Shown here piece by piece: positions 60,636-64,000 of a stretch of DNA of 64,000 nt (position 1 is the stretch's first letter; the number at the start of each line of letters is the position of its first letter). The notes beneath the pieces are model-generated. The model was not told the DNA's origin and did not search any database. It worked only from the letters and a program-made list of their open reading frames with translations. The translations under genes were made by a program, and so were the position numbers. Origin of the DNA: a virus; IMG/VR virus record IMGVR_UViG_3300022074_000021, positions 12,333 through 76,332 of that record; one strand, given 5' to 3'.

Positions 60636-60745
60636 GGCCCGGTCATCTAACTGGGAAGACCCACCCGGTAGCAATGCTAGCAAGGCTACAACAAGGCGAC
60701 GGCTAAGTATGGGAGGTAATGCAGGTTCAATACCTGCTCGGGCCT
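60636..60745 (+). ncRNA. tRNA-like RNA with 44-nt insert in place of the anticodon loop
   Basis: Acceptor GGCCCGG/UCGGGCC-U; D-arm AUCU-AACUGGGA-AGAC; stem CACCC/GGGAG; T-arm GCAGG-UUCAAUA-CCUGC; own promoter at 60604-60620. Confidence 0.65.
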
Positions 60746-60855
60746 GCTCTTGGATAGGTTAACACCGAACAACGAGTGCGCCAAAAACTTCGCGCCTACA
60801 AGCCTTTTACGAGGTGGAGTCCAAGTGGGAGTAAAGAACTACGATATAATAAGGT

Positions 60856-61125
60856 ATGAAAGAGAGTAAGTATGTTGTTGTAGCTTATACTAAGACAAAG
60901 ACTAATGTACTCAAAGCTCTTAACCTCTGCATTCATGAAGTAAAGGATGAAGTACAGAACGTATGGGTAGAAAAGGTAGTACCAGTCAATAGAGAGCGTA
61001 AGAATGAGATGGTTAATGGATGGACGCCTGGAACAGTAGAGTTTGATAGTGCATGGCGAGATACAGACCCAAGTGATAGGCCGATAAAATGCATTGTACA
61101 TACAGTAAAAGGAACTCGAATATAA
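60856..61125 (+). CDS. Hypothetical early protein
   Basis: Variant AAGAACT-N4-TATAAT promoter upstream. Confidence 0.55.
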   Translation: MKESKYVVVAYTKTKTNVLKALNLCIHEVKDEVQNVWVEKVVPVNRERKNEMVNGWTPGTVEFDSAWRDTDPSDRPIKCIVHTVKGTRI

Positions 61126-61132
61126 TAATAGT

Positions 61133-61627
61133 ATGAACGATACCGTTGGAAAGAACTATATTGCTGTTAAAGGAAGAGATACTCTTAGAAAGATTGTTGT
61201 TGTATCGCCACGCGTGGTGCTCACAGAATGTGAATACAAAGAGCTGGGCTGGAGATACGAGCTCTGGCCATCTGAGCCATCTGAGACCTGGCTTAACTTC
61301 AGCTATTCTGATGAGCGGTTGAAGGATGTTAATAGCAAGATGCTCTTGATGTCTAACCTTCTACGAGTTCAACTCGAGACAGAGAAGCAAGAGAATGAGA
61401 TGAGACTCAAGGAGATCAATAAGACTCTAGAGCTGATTGCATTAGGTATGGAAGCAGAACAAAACAAATTACTAGGAGTTAGCGAGAACGGCAAGGATCT
61501 CTGTATTAGTTGTGGAGAAGAATCCGATTACAGTTATGATACTCATATAGACTATAGAGTAGGTTATGTTGAGGGTGCAGGACAGTTATGTAAAGCATGT
61601 TACGCTAATGTGGATAAGGAACTCTAA
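61133..61627 (+). CDS. Hypothetical protein with C-terminal C4 zinc-ribbon
   Basis: CISCG...THIDYRVGYVEGAGQLCKAC. Confidence 0.6.
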   Translation: MNDTVGKNYIAVKGRDTLRKIVVVSPRVVLTECEYKELGWRYELWPSEPSETWLNFSYSDERLKDVNSKMLLMSNLLRVQLETEKQENEMRLKEINKTLELIALGMEAEQNKLLGVSENGKDLCISCGEESDYSYDTHIDYRVGYVEGAGQLCKACYANVDKEL

Positions 61628-61638
61628 TATAATTAGGT

Positions 61639-61908
61639 ATGAAAGAGATTGAGAATGATGTTAAGCAGCTAGAAGAAGAAGTAAGCTCTCTTGTTGATAA
61701 GGTTATTGCTCTTAGAGCAGAGCTAGAGTCTCATGAGAGTCTCATTGTTAAGAAAGACCAGCTCATTGCTGAAATTCAGGAAGTGCGTTGGGCTCAAGAC
61801 CAGACCATTGCTGAACTTCATGCATGGAGTAAGAAACTTGAAGAGGATCAAGTTAAGAAGGATAAGACCATTGCAGATCTCCACGGAGTATTAGTAGCAT
61901 CTAAGTAG
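61639..61908 (+). CDS. Coiled-coil hypothetical protein
   Basis: Heptad pattern; promoter motif upstream. Confidence 0.55.
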   Translation: MKEIENDVKQLEEEVSSLVDKVIALRAELESHESLIVKKDQLIAEIQEVRWAQDQTIAELHAWSKKLEEDQVKKDKTIADLHGVLVASK

Positions 61909-62211
61909 AAATAGTATATAATAATACAATGAACGCGCACTTAAAAGCAATTAAGAAAAAACATGAAGCACTTGGAGATATCGCTAGAGCGGATCTAGAA
62001 ACATATCTAAATAATCAAGTAGCTATCGGAGAGCATCCTGATCTGGGAGTAGAAATCGAAAAGAAAGTAGAAACTATTGCCCACCATAATGAAGTTGTTG
62101 AAACGATTGATGACCTTATTGCGGGTCATTAACTTAAGGTAGATTGAAGATAAAGTGAGATTACCTGTTGCAGATCTCCACGGATTATTAGTAGCAGCTA
62201 AGTAGAAATAG
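61871..62211 (+). repeat. 44-bp direct repeats (61871-61914 and 62168-62211) flanking ORF 61929-62132
   Basis: ttgcagatctccacgga(g/t)tattagtagca(t/g)ctaagtagaaatag, 2 mismatches. Confidence 0.9.
61929..62132 (+). CDS. Conserved-type small phage protein (YLNNQVAIGEHPD)
   Basis: ORF track; flanked by 44-bp direct repeats. Confidence 0.6.
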   Translation: MNAHLKAIKKKHEALGDIARADLETYLNNQVAIGEHPDLGVEIEKKVETIAHHNEVVETIDDLIAGH

Positions 62212-62215
62212 AATT

Positions 62216-62476
62216 ATGATTAAGACATATACAAATGAAGCCACTCTATTCGGTGTTATTGCACTTGTAGTAGTATCGTGGCAAGCATGGCTGATTCACT
62301 CACTTACCAGTGTATCGACCATTAGAACACAAGTAGAAGTACAGGAAGAACAAAATTATCATGTTATCGACGCATCATATATCGACCATACAGGTAAGTA
62401 TGATGATTGTGTTGAATATGCAGATAGTTACAAGAATCATCACGAGTATATCGTAGTATCTAGTAAGGAACTTTAA
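62216..62476 (+). CDS. Membrane-anchored hypothetical protein
   Basis: N-terminal TM segment. Confidence 0.5.
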   Translation: MIKTYTNEATLFGVIALVVVSWQAWLIHSLTSVSTIRTQVEVQEEQNYHVIDASYIDHTGKYDDCVEYADSYKNHHEYIVVSSKEL

Positions 62477-62487
62477 TATAATTAGGT

Positions 62488-62700
62488 ATGAAAGAAAGTA
62501 AATGCTACAAGTTGATTAAGCACTATGGCGTGGATCATAATGAAAGCGTAGTAGCGGTATCACATGATACAGAGAAGCTTCATCAGGCTCTAAAGGTAGT
62601 TAATGTTAAAGGGTGGGAGGTCTTATCTGAAAATCAACTCGAATGGGCGCATCAGAAAGAAGGGAACTACTTTGCAATTGCTCCAATCACTTACCTTTAG
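62488..62700 (+). CDS. Hypothetical early protein
   Basis: Promoter motif upstream. Confidence 0.55.
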   Translation: MKESKCYKLIKHYGVDHNESVVAVSHDTEKLHQALKVVNVKGWEVLSENQLEWAHQKEGNYFAIAPITYL

Positions 62701-62721
62701 GAACTCCGATATAATAATAGT

Positions 62722-62943
62722 ATGGAAGATAAGAACTACTTAAAGATGAGACACGGCGGACCATGGGATAGAGGCAGTGCAGATGCTTACTACAAGCGCC
62801 CTTTCAATCCTCATTACTTCACCGGTGATACTTACAGCTCAGATCTTATTAAAGAGAAGGATATGACTGAGAAGCAGGTCGAGGACTATAAGGTAGGATA
62901 CGGTAAGTATTCATGGATTCCAGTATCACACGTAACTGCTTAA
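62722..62943 (+). CDS. Small phage protein (RHGGPWDRGSADAYY motif)
   Basis: Promoter motif upstream. Confidence 0.6.
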   Translation: MEDKNYLKMRHGGPWDRGSADAYYKRPFNPHYFTGDTYSSDLIKEKDMTEKQVEDYKVGYGKYSWIPVSHVTA

Positions 62944-62947
62944 TCGA

Positions 62948-63151
62948 ATGAACTACAACGACGTTACCAAATACATTCATAATCTAATCGAGACTCACTC
63001 AGAGAAGAATAAAATAAGGTATGAAAAGTCGATGTTCGAAGTGTTCGACAAGCTTGCAGAGGATATAGAATGCCACTGGGAGCCCGACGGAGACGGCGTT
63101 AATATAGTGAGGGAACATATTGCGGTTAATGTTAAAGACTGGCTAGAATGA
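62948..63151 (+). CDS. Hypothetical protein
   Basis: ORF track. Confidence 0.5.
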   Translation: MNYNDVTKYIHNLIETHSEKNKIRYEKSMFEVFDKLAEDIECHWEPDGDGVNIVREHIAVNVKDWLE

Positions 63152-63289
63152 GAAACAGATGGATCCACTGTAACAACAGGGCATTAAACAAAAAAGAACG
63201 TAACGTAGTGAAAGCTATCGTGGCAGGATGTGTAATATTTTGGGGAACTATATTTGCATATCTTATTTACATCACTAATTAATTTATCC

Positions 63290-63952
63290 ATGAAAGCAAT
63301 AATAGTAGCATGCATTGTAGGAATAGGCGCCGGATATATCATAAAAGATGTAACAACCCTAACAGTTGAGGTATCAGTTCCGGTAGTAGAACGTATCATA
63401 ACGAATGAAGTAGAAGTCATTAAGGTACCAGAAGTACAACCCGTGTTTGTAAGGCCTTTCCTAGTACCGATGCTTACTAATCCTAATGAAAAGCATGAAG
63501 TTCCCTCGGTCGATTGGGAGTTAGAACTACTAACGGGCGTAAAGTACTTTGAAGGCTATAATCCTAATACGTATAAATGCTCAGGCGGTAAACGCACGAT
63601 TGGCTATGGCTGCACCGATAAACAAGTAGTAGCTATGGGCACAATTACTGAAAAACGCGCTGAAGAAGAACTACAACGAGAATTAAATGAAGCTAAAATA
63701 CACGTTGATAACATCGTAACCGTGGATCTTACCGATTATCAACGCAATGCCCTCATATCATTTACCTTTAACTGCGGTCCATCTAACCTTAAACAACTTG
63801 TAGATGGCAGCAATAGATTAAACGCCGGCTATTACCATAGTGTAGAACGTCTACTCCCACAATATAGAAGAGCGGGCGGTAAAATAAGAAAAGGCCTTGA
63901 ACGCAGAAGACAATGGGAAGTTAGTCTATGGAGAGGTAACCCTATGATATAA
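63290..63952 (+). CDS. GH24 lysozyme/endolysin with N-terminal membrane anchor
   Basis: VKYFEG...YKCSGGKRTIGYG...QRNALISFTFNCG...GLERRRQWE; MKAIIVACIVGIGAGYII anchor. Confidence 0.85.
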   Translation: MKAIIVACIVGIGAGYIIKDVTTLTVEVSVPVVERIITNEVEVIKVPEVQPVFVRPFLVPMLTNPNEKHEVPSVDWELELLTGVKYFEGYNPNTYKCSGGKRTIGYGCTDKQVVAMGTITEKRAEEELQRELNEAKIHVDNIVTVDLTDYQRNALISFTFNCGPSNLKQLVDGSNRLNAGYYHSVERLLPQYRRAGGKIRKGLERRRQWEVSLWRGNPMI

Positions 63953-64000
63953 AAACATACGGATAATAACAAAAACTATAAAGATAATAACAAAAATGCC

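Noticed and set aside
60636-60745. tRNA-Sec or a normal intron-containing tRNA
   Set aside because: No UCA anticodon, no long variable arm, no 8-bp acceptor stem; the insert lacks group I core elements.
63962-63996. gataataacaaaaa duplicated at the window end
   Set aside because: Only two short AT-rich copies at the edge; cannot be interpreted without downstream sequence.

Overview
AT-rich 64-kb segment of a large T4-like myophage genome (standard genetic code; TGA is a normal stop in most genes). Left and centre: virion morphogenesis genes (tail fibres, gp6, gp25, gp53-, gp48-, gp26-, gp54-like, tube gp19, sheath gp18, gp3, terminase gp17, neck gp14, hub gp27-like), plus a clamp loader and dUTPase. 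There is a sugar-nucleotide/glycosyltransferase set (GT9-like, RmlB, RmlD-like, cytidylyltransferase). A host-like island at about 19.8-25.6 kb carries DUF1549/DUF1553 and DUF1501 genes, a beta-propeller with CxxC repeats and a porin. Right: a dense array of small early-type genes, including a PII (glnB) gene and a GH24 lysozyme. The host-like genes point to a Planctomycetota/Verrucomicrobiota host (inference). Main finds missed by the ORF track: (1) a 159-codon gene at 24287-24766(-) with one in-frame TGA in an H-D-U-A-S-H motif followed by a bacterial SECIS-like hairpin, a candidate phage selenoprotein; (2) a 61-nt tmRNA tRNA-like domain with G3:U70 and no mRNA-like domain; (3) a tRNA-like RNA whose anticodon loop is replaced by 44 nt; (4) about 19 copies of a fixed-spacing AGGAACT-N4-TATAAT promoter, which together with TAAATA late promoters sit about 6 nt before start codons, implying largely leaderless mRNAs; (5) gene-capture scars (duplicated 3' ends of upstream genes) around glnB and another ORF; (6) capsid-targeted, EDxE-delimited modular internal proteins. 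All family assignments come from motif recognition by eye; no database search was run.
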